IMG/VR virus record: IMGVR_UViG_3300037804_000222
Span: 1-64,000 of that record
Reading direction: 5' to 3' (one strand)
DNA: 64,000 bases
DNA from: a virus
Under the pieces are notes generated by a model, which was given only the letters and a program-made list of their open reading frames with translations, did not search any database and was not told the origin of the DNA. Of the stretch, positions 1-9,832 are shown one piece after another. How positions within the stretch are numbered: position 1 is the stretch's first letter; every line of letters begins with the position of its first letter. A program made the translations under genes and the position numbers.

Positions 1-3000
1 CCAACAAATATAATGGCATCAAACAATGGGGCCGCAACTCCTGTAGTTGTTGACCTTGGGCCTGTAGATATTGCAAATGCTACATTTATTATTAATATGA
101 ATGAGGTAGAGTATGCAAAAATAATAGGCTATACTAATATTAAAGATACATTAATTCTATTTACTATTATAAAAGCCGCTATAAATCCTGATGAGTTTGG
201 AGGTATCTTTAAAGTAGATTTAACTGAGCCTGAGTTAACTCCTATTACTATATATTTAGATTCCCCTTTCACTCCAAATCAGACTTTAAATTTCAATGAA
301 GATCATCCTATACAAGCTATAGGTAGGTATGAAAACGAAAATATACAAAGAATTTATTGGACAGATAACTTTAATCCAGTTAGAACTGCAAATATTCTAG
401 ATCCGAATCTACAAACACTTTCTACAGATGATTTAGAGTTATCACCTCAAGTTACTTTCTCTACTCCTATACTTGATAAAGTTATGCAAGGAGGAGAGTT
501 AAATTCTGGAATGTACCAATATTGTTACAGATTAAGAAATCAAGAAGGAGCTGAAACTAGATTTTCTCCTCCCACTAATTTTATACATGTTTCTAATGGA
601 TCTGCATATTGGGACTACCAAGAAGACCCTGAAAATCAAAATGAATATAACGGAACTACTCCAGGAGAAGATAGCGAAAAAAAAGTTCTTTTAGATTTTG
701 AAGGATTGGATACAGACTATGATTTTATAGAAATTGTAGCTATATATAAATCTACTGGTGAAGGAGTTACTTCTGCGGCTATAATTGGAACTGCTAGTAT
801 GAATTCTAATGGAATCTGTACCTTTATACATACTACTAATGCTAAAGATATACCTATATCTTTTGAAGAAGTAACAGCATTTACACAAGCTTTCAATAAA
901 GCTGCTACGTTAGAGGCAAAAGATAATAGATTATTTTTAGGGAATTTAGAATTAACTACAGATGATTTAGAGTTTGACGCAACTGCTAAACGATATAAAA
1001 TTACATCAGAGGTTACAAGGTATCCATATAAAGTTTCCCCTACAACTGTTTATACTAATGATATAAATCCCCTTAACAATTATGATGATATAGAAGAAGT
1101 GCCTAACTCTGATTTATATAGATACCAATCAGATGGTAGAACTTTAGGAGGAGAGGGAACTCATATAGAATACAGATTTACAAAAAAAGTTTTAGCAGGT
1201 AATACAACACTAGCCTCTTCTAATCCTGGAAAGGTTACAGGATCTTTAAAAACATCTTTATCTCCAGGAGATTATAAAGATCCTTTTAATGTTGAAAATT
1301 TTGTTGGCTATAGAAGAGATGAAATCTATAGATTTGGTATTGTATTGTACGATTTAAAAGGTAATCCAGGATTTGTAAACTGGATTGGAGATATTAGGTT
1401 TCCTGCTATATCAGATGTGGATTGGGAGGGTAAAAGTAATTTATATACTTGGGCGCTCACTGCTACGATAGCAAATTCAGATGTAGATTACTATAATCCT
1501 TCAATACATAGTTCTGGGGCTGCTCTTGTTTTTAATTATGAAGAGGATGATCATAATGATATGACAGATTTTAGTGGGGTACTAAACCCGACTACTTCAA
1601 TCAATAATGGCGGCGCTCTTATGTCGCAGGATCTGGACAATGGGTGGGACAGAGTATCTTATGGGCTACATTACTTTGGGCATGAGAATGTATTTAATAA
1701 TACAGATAATAGTCCTAAAGGCTCTCCTTATAATACTTTATTTGCATTAGGTATAGAGTTCAGATTAAAAAGTTTACCTGAAGAATTAGAGGGCAAAGTA
1801 AGTGGATACTCAATAGTCAGAGTAAAAAGAGAGGATAATGATAAAAGTATAGAAGGATCAGGTATAATATCTAGCTGGGCGCATCGGTTTACGAGCCCTC
1901 CTGTAATCGGAACGGTTGACGTTGGCGCTTCTGACATAGAGGAGTTTGTATTTGGAAGAGAAAGAAGTATGGTACACACTAGTTGGGGTGATATGAGCGG
2001 GAATAGTAGTAAAAAGGTGGCTCTTTTCGGAGATCCTCATCATGATAAAGTTTTTATACACTCTCCTGATTTTGCATTTTCAAATAATTACCCTTCAAGT
2101 ACAGATAATTTTCTTAAAGTAGAAACTGGACTCATAGGTTCTTTTCAATTTGAATACACTACAGATAATGTTTACGTAGAAAAAACTTTTGTTAGTACAA
2201 AAACTCATTTGACTCAAATATACGGGCAGCCCGTAAATTCTCAATATACAACTCAAACTAGTGCAGCTACATTATTCCCTGAAAGAATTTTTAATATTGC
2301 CTATTCAAATAAAATAAGTGCTGGAGGACATTTATCTAATGTTGCATTAGGTTCTGGGTTCGATGATGAAGACCCTCCTTATGTAGGTGTATTTAACTTA
2401 TTATACAGAGGAGATTGGACAGATTCTACAGCAGTACAGGTTGCGGGTGTTGGAGAAGAATGTTTATTTGCAAGACTAGAGATAGGTATGCATTATGGCA
2501 GCTTTGTTCCTAATCGGTTAGAGTTCATTCAAGATGGAACTCTAACTGAGGTGAGTATGCGGGGGAATAGATCGGATAAGCTGTATGTATCTGTAAAAAA
2601 ACGGGGAGTTTCAGAATATAGATATGGAGGATCCGATGAAACGGCAAGAGCTCAAAATGTTTATATTAGTACTGGACATTTTGCACCCCTTGAATCAGAT
2701 AATGGTTGGCAATCAGTGTGGGGAGGAGATACTTATGTGGCCATGTATGATGAGGAATCTTCTAGAAGACCTAATGGTAATGAGGGACTTCATGAAACTT
2801 CCGTAGGAAGACAGCGAAGTATGTCTTACATATTTCCAGTAGAAACTGACTTTAATATCACACTAAGATCTGGGTGGCATTATGCAAATAAAACAGATTT
2901 TACAGCAGATACTGATACACCATTAAATCAATTTATTCTTCCAGACTGTTATTCTACTGAAAATGATTTAGTTACTTTTGTTCCAAAGCCTATAGGATTT

Positions 3001-4065
3001 ACGTCTAGTACTATTTTCCCTAGTAGAGTTGCGTTTTCTCATGCAAAGTCTAACGGGGCATTAATAGATGGATGGAGAAAGTTTTCTTTATATGATTATG
3101 TAGACATTGATGGAAACAACGGAGGGATTAATTCTTTAAACCTCCTTAATGATTTCATGTTCTATATACAAGATACTGCTGTAGGGATATTAAGTATTAA
3201 TCCAGTATCAACCGTACTAGATGAATCAGGTGCTTCGATTGTATTGGGATCAGGTAAAAATGTTATTCAAGACTTTAAAGATTTAAATGCTTTTGCGGGA
3301 GTTCATAAGTTTATTTCAACAGTTGTTGGAAAAACAGGTTTATTTTGGATAGACAGGAATTCTAAAATATTATATAAAGTTAGCCCTAAAGGCGTGGTGC
3401 CAATTTCAGAAGTTAAAGGACTTAAGTCTTGGTTTAGTACAAACATTAAAAAAGATTCATATATAACAGCAGGATATGATTCATTAAATAATGAAGTATT
3501 ATTTAGTGTAAATGATTCTCATACTATTGTATATAATGAAATGTTGGATGCTTTTACATCTATTTATACATTTAATACCCCATTATTTATAAATCTTAAA
3601 AATAGACTTTTCTCTGTCACTCCTGATTCTTCTGAAATGTATGAACATGGTATAGGAGATTATGCTACTTGGTATGAAAGTAATGATAATGTTAAACTTG
3701 AATTTATTGTAAATAAAAATCCTCTCTATCCTAAAGCATTTGATTCCGTTACGTGGTCTGTGAATAATTCAGATGGTATGTATTTGGATATAAATAATGA
3801 TTTTAATATCGCTCGATTTAGAGTTAATTCTCCAAATACATTGATAACGGAAGTTATATCTGATTACTCTATAGACGGAGTATTAACTCCAGTTTCAGAA
3901 GAGTACTCTATGAGGGAAGGTATGTCTGTATTACATGTACCTAGAAACAACGATGAGAGAATGAGAGGGACTTATATGAAGGTACAATTAGAAAGTACTT
4001 CTAGGCCAGAAGATAAAATAGCATTGAATTATGTAAAAACCTTATTCAGAATTTCTAAAAGATAA
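1..4065 (+). CDS. Tail stabilisation / muzzle protein (crAss-like); probably 5'-truncated
   Basis: 1350+ aa and the frame is open from base 1. Motifs IYWTDNFNPVR, YQYCYRL, KDNRLFLGN, YRRDEIYRFGIV..WIGDIRFP and GGDTY, plus C-terminal RMRGTYMKV. Lies directly upstream of the cargo/RNAP block, as in crAss-like phages. Confidence 0.8.
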   Translation, partial: PTNIMASNNGAATPVVVDLGPVDIANATFIINMNEVEYAKIIGYTNIKDTLILFTIIKAAINPDEFGGIFKVDLTEPELTPITIYLDSPFTPNQTLNFNEDHPIQAIGRYENENIQRIYWTDNFNPVRTANILDPNLQTLSTDDLELSPQVTFSTPILDKVMQGGELNSGMYQYCYRLRNQEGAETRFSPPTNFIHVSNGSAYWDYQEDPENQNEYNGTTPGEDSEKKVLLDFEGLDTDYDFIEIVAIYKSTGEGVTSAAIIGTASMNSNGICTFIHTTNAKDIPISFEEVTAFTQAFNKAATLEAKDNRLFLGNLELTTDDLEFDATAKRYKITSEVTRYPYKVSPTTVYTNDINPLNNYDDIEEVPNSDLYRYQSDGRTLGGEGTHIEYRFTKKVLAGNTTLASSNPGKVTGSLKTSLSPGDYKDPFNVENFVGYRRDEIYRFGIVLYDLKGNPGFVNWIGDIRFPAISDVDWEGKSNLYTWALTATIANSDVDYYNPSIHSSGAALVFNYEEDDHNDMTDFSGVLNPTTSINNGGALMSQDLDNGWDRVSYGLHYFGHENVFNNTDNSPKGSPYNTLFALGIEFRLKSLPEELEGKVSGYSIVRVKREDNDKSIEGSGIISSWAHRFTSPPVIGTVDVGASDIEEFVFGRERSMVHTSWGDMSGNSSKKVALFGDPHHDKVFIHSPDFAFSNNYPSSTDNFLKVETGLIGSFQFEYTTDNVYVEKTFVSTKTHLTQIYGQPVNSQYTTQTSAATLFPERIFNIAYSNKISAGGHLSNVALGSGFDDEDPPYVGVFNLLYRGDWTDSTAVQVAGVGEECLFARLEIGMHYGSFVPNRLEFIQDGTLTEVSMRGNRSDKLYVSVKKRGVSEYRYGGSDETARAQNVYISTGHFAPLESDNGWQSVWGGDTYVAMYDEESSRRPNGNEGLHETSVGRQRSMSYIFPVETDFNITLRSGWHYANKTDFTADTDTPLNQFILPDCYSTENDLVTFVPKPIGFTSSTIFPSRVAFSHAKSNGALIDGWRKFSLYDYVDIDGNNGGINSLNLLNDFMFYIQDTAVGILSINPVSTVLDESGASIVLGSGKNVIQDFKDLNAFAGVHKFISTVVGKTGLFWIDRNSKILYKVSPKGVVPISEVKGLKSWFSTNIKKDSYITAGYDSLNNEVLFSVNDSHTIVYNEMLDAFTSIYTFNTPLFINLKNRLFSVTPDSSEMYEHGIGDYATWYESNDNVKLEFIVNKNPLYPKAFDSVTWSVNNSDGMYLDINNDFNIARFRVNSPNTLITEVISDYSIDGVLTPVSEEYSMREGMSVLHVPRNNDERMRGTYMKVQLESTSRPEDKIALNYVKTLFRISKR

Positions 4066-4089
4066 TAAAAAATAGTATATTGCGAAATT

Positions 4090-7000
4090 ATGGCGAATAA
4101 AAATAAAAATAACGATCCTTTATTAGAAAAAGTTAAGAAAGGGTTAAAGTATGTAGAAAGTTCTGGGGGAATACAAATGATGAATCCTCATAGCAGCGCT
4201 ACAGGTTTTTATGGCCAACTATATAATGCAGAAGAGTTAGAAAATATTCCCTACTTACAAGGCGTAGATAGACAATCTTTTGCTTCTGATACAACATTAC
4301 AAAATAGATTATTTGAAGATAGGTACTATGACAGGATACCAGGTGTACCTGGATTAGGTAAAAATGCTGACGACTTAAGAGTAGAGTACAAAAAAGTTTT
4401 AGAAGATAAGGGAATTCCATTTAATTATACAGATGATGAGATTTCTGCGTTATCTAATTTATTAGGTAGACAAGGTGCAAGAGAGTACTTTGGATACGTA
4501 TTAAGAGATGGCAGATCTTTAGAGAATGTGTTTCCAAAAATATATGGACCAGATGCAGAGGCACCAAATAAAACACCTGAAAAATATCTAAAAACTTATA
4601 GAGAAGGTAGAGATTTAAAATACGGGGGACAAGTATCTAAGTTTGAGAGCGGGGGAGAAACTGGTCCACGTAAAGTTCCCTACTCTACCCCAGCAGAGAG
4701 AACTAAGGATAAGCTGATGCAGTATAATCCTGATGGAAATCTGTATCATACTATACATCCTTCAGGTACTGGGCCTACATTTCAATCTATGTATCCTGAA
4801 CTAGCAGAACAATTTGGGATTCAGGGGGGTGGACAATATTTACAAATACCTTATAGTAATAAATCTCCTTTAGAGACTAAGAGAATTTCTAGTATACCTA
4901 ACCCTCAAGATATGGCTCTTAGGGGAGGAAGGATTCAGCCTCCTGAACCTACTAAGCCTGAGATGGCGTATACAAAATCTAGTAAACCCCTCACACCTAC
5001 AAGTTCTAATCCTTATATAATAGCAGAACCTAACGCAAATAATACTCGGTTCAGCGCCACTCCAGGAGGAAATGATTATACAAGTGTTAGTTTTTATTCG
5101 TATGATCCTAATACAGATACTAGAACAAAGATATACAATTGGGAAGATGACTTGAAAACTGCTTATGGACAACCTAATGTTAATTTTACAGATCCTAATA
5201 CAGGAAGACAGATTACGGGAGGAATAGATAGTTTAATGAATGAATACTATGCTGGTCATGTTTCTCCAGCCTCTCGCTACCAACAAGCAAGCCCCAATGC
5301 AGGGCAGACACCTATAAGATATAATAATAATAAATCCCCACATACTGGAGGAGCACCTATACAAAAATACGGAGGACAAATGAAAAAATATAATAATTAT
5401 AATCAAGGAGGAGAACCGCCTAAAAAACATAAAGATTACTTACAGTATATACAAGACTACCCTTTTACAGGGTGGGCAGACTCTCCTCACGATTTAGGAG
5501 CTCTTCAAAATGCTATTACTAGAGACAGTACTTTATTACAGGGTTCATGGTTTCCAGATAACGATCTGATGAGAAACTTACAAATAAATAGAGAGTACAG
5601 AGATAAAGTAAAACCTTATACAGAAGATGAGTTACATGATCTTAGGTATGAAGGAAATCAAAATCTAGCTTATGGCGGTAGAGCTATTCCTCAAGCAGGT
5701 TGGGGCGATCTTTGGAAAAAGTTTGGAAAAAATATAGGGACTGGTTTAGCAGGAGTTGCAGATTCTTTAACTATGGGAATATTACCTATGGAAAAGATAG
5801 TAGGAAAAAACGCAATGGAGGAGTATGGAGACTCTTTTAAAATGGGAAAAAGATTTGGAACTGCAGTCGGCATATTAGGCGGTGCAGGAGCTTTTAGTGC
5901 TGCAGGTGCTGCAGGCGCAGCTGGTGGAGCAGGAGCAGGAGCTACTGGAGCTACTGGGGCTGCAGGAACTGCTTCTTCTGCAGGGGGCTCAGGATTTTTA
6001 GGTAATATGGGTAATATTCTTGGTGGAGGTTCTGGCGGAGGAAGTACCTTACAAAATGTAGGAGGAGATTTATTTAATATGTTCCAACAAGAATCTTCAG
6101 GCATGATGTCTGATAATCCTACTTCTAATCCTTATTCTTATCTAAATTATGGACAAGGAAATTATGCCCAAGGAGGTAAAGCTACAAGCATGAAACAAGA
6201 CATAGGGCAAGACGCTAATGTAGAGAGCGGAGAAATAATGTTTTCCGCTAAAGGAGGACAGTTTCAAAGTTTAAATCCTAATGCTCCTATTAACGAAATA
6301 GTTCCTGGAGTATCTGAAGTATCAGGTAATGTAAAAGACGATGGAGTACCTGTTAACTTACCTGGAGACGACACAACATTTATTCTTTCTAAAAGATTAG
6401 GTTATGCAGATAAAGCTAAAAAACTTATTCAGCAATATAAAGATCTATTTAACCAGAAAGATACTGGGGATGTTATAGCGGATGAAGGAAAGAAAATGAC
6501 TTTATCTCAAATTAAAAGAAAGATTGTAGGCTACTATAGAGAACAAGAAAAAGAAAAGCAAGAGAAAGGATTAGCAAATAAGCCTTTACAAGCAGGGCTT
6601 GGAGAGTGGTTTCAAAAGGGAAAAGATTGGTTAGGAACTGAGTCTGGGCAAAACGCTACAAATTTCTTAGGTCAAAATATAGGTACTCTTACAAATCTTG
6701 GAAGAGCTGCTTTTAGTAAAGATGCTGTCCCATATAATGCTGGAGACTATACAACACAATATATTCCTCAAGAATTTAATGTAGACACAGCAGCTATAAT
6801 GAATCCTATCAATCAATCTGAAGCGGCTACTAGATATGCTATAAATAGAGGCGGAGGATCTGCTGCAGATATAATCCAAGGTAATTTAGCAACAACTGCT
6901 AAAATTGCTCCAATGAAAGCAAATACTTTAGGCAAACTTGGGCTTATGGAAAATCAATTTATGGCAGATCAATACTTAAAAGGATATGAAGCTGATGTTG

Positions 7001-7299
7001 CTAATAAAGAACTAGAGCTTCAGATGAGAGGCTTTAATGAAAAAAGAGGATTAGCTAGACAAGGGCACTTAAATGAAGGCTTAACAGGATTGCAAGAGTA
7101 TTTTACAGGCAGACGTAAGGAAAAATTTATGGAAAGTCAAGCGCCATTTGGAAACTATGGTTCAAGCGGTAACTATATAGGTGGAAATTCTGGAGGATAT
7201 ACTCCGTGGCAAGCAGGTAGTAACCAAGCACCAACTCTAAATTTTGGTTCTACGGAAGAGTGGTTCCAAAATAATCCTTTGGGAACTTTTAACCCATAA
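4090..7299 (+). CDS. Virion cargo/ejection protein with N-terminal lysozyme-like (transglycosylase) domain and Gly/Ala-rich membrane segment
   Basis: N-terminal VESSGG...NPHSSATGFYGQ resembles the SLT catalytic E-S and S-A-x-G-x-x-Q motifs. Hydrophobic G/A-rich stretch near aa 590-650; repeated [YF]x(x)GG motifs; no Cys. Confidence 0.65.
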   Translation: MANKNKNNDPLLEKVKKGLKYVESSGGIQMMNPHSSATGFYGQLYNAEELENIPYLQGVDRQSFASDTTLQNRLFEDRYYDRIPGVPGLGKNADDLRVEYKKVLEDKGIPFNYTDDEISALSNLLGRQGAREYFGYVLRDGRSLENVFPKIYGPDAEAPNKTPEKYLKTYREGRDLKYGGQVSKFESGGETGPRKVPYSTPAERTKDKLMQYNPDGNLYHTIHPSGTGPTFQSMYPELAEQFGIQGGGQYLQIPYSNKSPLETKRISSIPNPQDMALRGGRIQPPEPTKPEMAYTKSSKPLTPTSSNPYIIAEPNANNTRFSATPGGNDYTSVSFYSYDPNTDTRTKIYNWEDDLKTAYGQPNVNFTDPNTGRQITGGIDSLMNEYYAGHVSPASRYQQASPNAGQTPIRYNNNKSPHTGGAPIQKYGGQMKKYNNYNQGGEPPKKHKDYLQYIQDYPFTGWADSPHDLGALQNAITRDSTLLQGSWFPDNDLMRNLQINREYRDKVKPYTEDELHDLRYEGNQNLAYGGRAIPQAGWGDLWKKFGKNIGTGLAGVADSLTMGILPMEKIVGKNAMEEYGDSFKMGKRFGTAVGILGGAGAFSAAGAAGAAGGAGAGATGATGAAGTASSAGGSGFLGNMGNILGGGSGGGSTLQNVGGDLFNMFQQESSGMMSDNPTSNPYSYLNYGQGNYAQGGKATSMKQDIGQDANVESGEIMFSAKGGQFQSLNPNAPINEIVPGVSEVSGNVKDDGVPVNLPGDDTTFILSKRLGYADKAKKLIQQYKDLFNQKDTGDVIADEGKKMTLSQIKRKIVGYYREQEKEKQEKGLANKPLQAGLGEWFQKGKDWLGTESGQNATNFLGQNIGTLTNLGRAAFSKDAVPYNAGDYTTQYIPQEFNVDTAAIMNPINQSEAATRYAINRGGGSAADIIQGNLATTAKIAPMKANTLGKLGLMENQFMADQYLKGYEADVANKELELQMRGFNEKRGLARQGHLNEGLTGLQEYFTGRRKEKFMESQAPFGNYGSSGNYIGGNSGGYTPWQAGSNQAPTLNFGSTEEWFQNNPLGTFNP

Positions 7300-7330
7300 A
7301 AGAAGTTAGCTTAAAAAAAATAAACAAGAT

Positions 7331-9832
7331 ATGGCAAGAAATAAAATACAAGGAGCAGGATTATTAGCTGGGCCTATTCAGAGTCAGGCATATGTACCAC
7401 TTCCATATGATAAAGTATTTGAAATGAATCGTTATCGTCAAGCTGAGTATGATAAGAATCAAAAAAATATTTTAGAATTTCAAAAGTCTTTATATAATAC
7501 TGCAGCCAATGTTCCTCCAGGGATGCAGGACGAAGCTTTAGAACAAGTACAACCCTTTTTAAATAGTATTGGGCAGCAAATAGATGCTGCGGGAGGAGAT
7601 TTAGCTAAAGTAAATACTGGAAATATTATGGGGCAGTTCTATAAAAGTCTTGCCAGCGGAGAGTTAGGGCATTTATCTAGAGCAGGAGCTCAATATCAGG
7701 CAGCTCAAAAAGATATAAGTGATAATACTGAACTATTTATGAAGGGTAAAGGAGGGTATGAACCTGGGGTTGGTACTGCGGCTTTATCTCAAGCTAGTAA
7801 AAATTATCAAGAGCAGTATGATGCCTATTTACAAGATCCTTTAAATAACCCGCTTCCTAAATTTACTACTCCTGATATATATCCTTTTGTAGATGTAGCT
7901 AAAAAATCTAGAGAAATAGTTAAGGAAATGGATCCTACAAAAATTGCTGCACTAACAAATCAAATTTTTGCAGGATACAATAATAAAGGAGAGGCTGTAT
8001 ATCAGACATTAAATAATAAAGGAAAAGTTATTCAAGAAAGTACTACATTAAGTCCAGAACAAATTAGAAAGGTATCTAATGTAGCACTGCAGACAGACGA
8101 GCAAGTACAAGCTTATTATAATAATAGATATATGCTATCTGGTACAAAAGCTCCTGAAAACTTTGATCCTGCTACATATGAATATACTGCAGATGCAAAA
8201 ACAAATGAAGGATTACAAAATCAATACTCTGAGCAATATCAAAACTATGTAAATGCTTATGCTCCTTTAGGTACAACAGATCCCCAACAATTAGCTCAAG
8301 CTAATCAAGCTGCTACAGAGGCTACATATAGAGATGTGTGGAAAGACCAAAGAATGAATAATATAGGAGTAGCAAGTGGTAATATATTTAGACAATCTGA
8401 AACTGCATATACAGGAGTGCCTGATAGTGCGGAATTGACTGGAACTCCTCTTAGTGCGGAAGACCAGATTCCATATTTAGTAGGAGATAGTCCTTTCTTA
8501 CCTATTGATAAAAGTACTTCTGAAACAGTAGGAAGTGAAATTTTAAATTTAGATGCTCAAATTTCAGAGCAAGAAGCTTTATTAGATGCTACAGATTCAG
8601 GTACTGTTGAATATAGTACTCATGAATTAGGATTAAATGATCTTAAAACTAGAAGAAATGATTTACTAGTAGCTGCTGGAGAAAAGAGTAAAGCAATGAT
8701 TGAAGATAAAGCTGCTAAATCTATCTGGTGGAGCGATGATACGTTTTCTAAGTCTATGCAAAGCTATTATAAAAATATAAAAAAGGTAAAAAGTAATAAA
8801 GGAGCTCTAAAGGGTGTAAATCAAGAGCAATTTAATAAAAAGGCTCAGATATTATCTGCCATTCCTGGATTAACTTCAATTGATTTATTACCTACTACTG
8901 CAGATCAAATAGAACAACTTAAAAAATTAACTCCTGAAAATTATGGTATTTTAAGCGAAGCTTTTAAAGAAGGAGAATCTATAATGCCTTATTTACAAGC
9001 TGCTCAATGGATACAAAGAAAAGCTAGACGTGCTGATGTTTTAGAAACTTATGAAACATCCTTACGCCCAGTTAAAGGTTACGGAAAAAATTCATACACA
9101 ACAAGATTAACTGATAACTTAACAGAAATGATGCATAGTGGAGATGTAGCTTATACAGATTTTTATGCAAACGAAGATGTGAAGGCCGAACCTTTAAAGG
9201 ATAAGCGACCTATAGAAACGATGCGTCTTACTCCTACATTAACAATGCTTCATGGTGCTCCTGCATATAAATTTGATTTATATGAGTATAATAAAATATC
9301 AGGAACTGCAGATATTGAGGTTGGGGGAATAGAAGAAACTAAATTTGTAAAAGGTACTAACTCAAAAGATGAAATGATTAGATACCAGGATTTAGGAATT
9401 CAATTATTAACATTAGCAAAAGAAAGTGAAGGAACAGCTGCTTCAGGTGCTTATTATAAAGACGGATCGCAAGTATTAGCAAATTCTTTTGTTCTTAGTC
9501 CTGCCCAGTTAACTGGAATTGAAACTGCAGATATGACTACAAATACGGCAGACAGTAAAGGTAATCCTTATATCGAAAGAGATATGTCAGGATTTAATAT
9601 AATTATACGACGTACTGATAAACCTGGAAATTTATCTATATTTGAATTTAGAGTAAAAAGTGGTGAACATGAAGGAAAATTGGTGGGATATGATGATCAA
9701 TATGGTAGACAAGCTATTAGAGGAGCTAGTTTAGAAGATTTAGCATATAAATATTTTATGCAAAGTGGAGAAAAATTAGATACAAGTGGTAACACAGGAG
9801 CAGATATTGTAAATTCTTACTATAATAAATAA
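7331..9832 (+). CDS. Virion cargo/ejection protein
   Basis: 833 aa, N-terminal YVPLPY motif, Cys-free; lies between the cargo and giant virion genes. Confidence 0.55.
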   Translation: MARNKIQGAGLLAGPIQSQAYVPLPYDKVFEMNRYRQAEYDKNQKNILEFQKSLYNTAANVPPGMQDEALEQVQPFLNSIGQQIDAAGGDLAKVNTGNIMGQFYKSLASGELGHLSRAGAQYQAAQKDISDNTELFMKGKGGYEPGVGTAALSQASKNYQEQYDAYLQDPLNNPLPKFTTPDIYPFVDVAKKSREIVKEMDPTKIAALTNQIFAGYNNKGEAVYQTLNNKGKVIQESTTLSPEQIRKVSNVALQTDEQVQAYYNNRYMLSGTKAPENFDPATYEYTADAKTNEGLQNQYSEQYQNYVNAYAPLGTTDPQQLAQANQAATEATYRDVWKDQRMNNIGVASGNIFRQSETAYTGVPDSAELTGTPLSAEDQIPYLVGDSPFLPIDKSTSETVGSEILNLDAQISEQEALLDATDSGTVEYSTHELGLNDLKTRRNDLLVAAGEKSKAMIEDKAAKSIWWSDDTFSKSMQSYYKNIKKVKSNKGALKGVNQEQFNKKAQILSAIPGLTSIDLLPTTADQIEQLKKLTPENYGILSEAFKEGESIMPYLQAAQWIQRKARRADVLETYETSLRPVKGYGKNSYTTRLTDNLTEMMHSGDVAYTDFYANEDVKAEPLKDKRPIETMRLTPTLTMLHGAPAYKFDLYEYNKISGTADIEVGGIEETKFVKGTNSKDEMIRYQDLGIQLLTLAKESEGTAASGAYYKDGSQVLANSFVLSPAQLTGIETADMTTNTADSKGNPYIERDMSGFNIIIRRTDKPGNLSIFEFRVKSGEHEGKLVGYDDQYGRQAIRGASLEDLAYKYFMQSGEKLDTSGNTGADIVNSYYNK

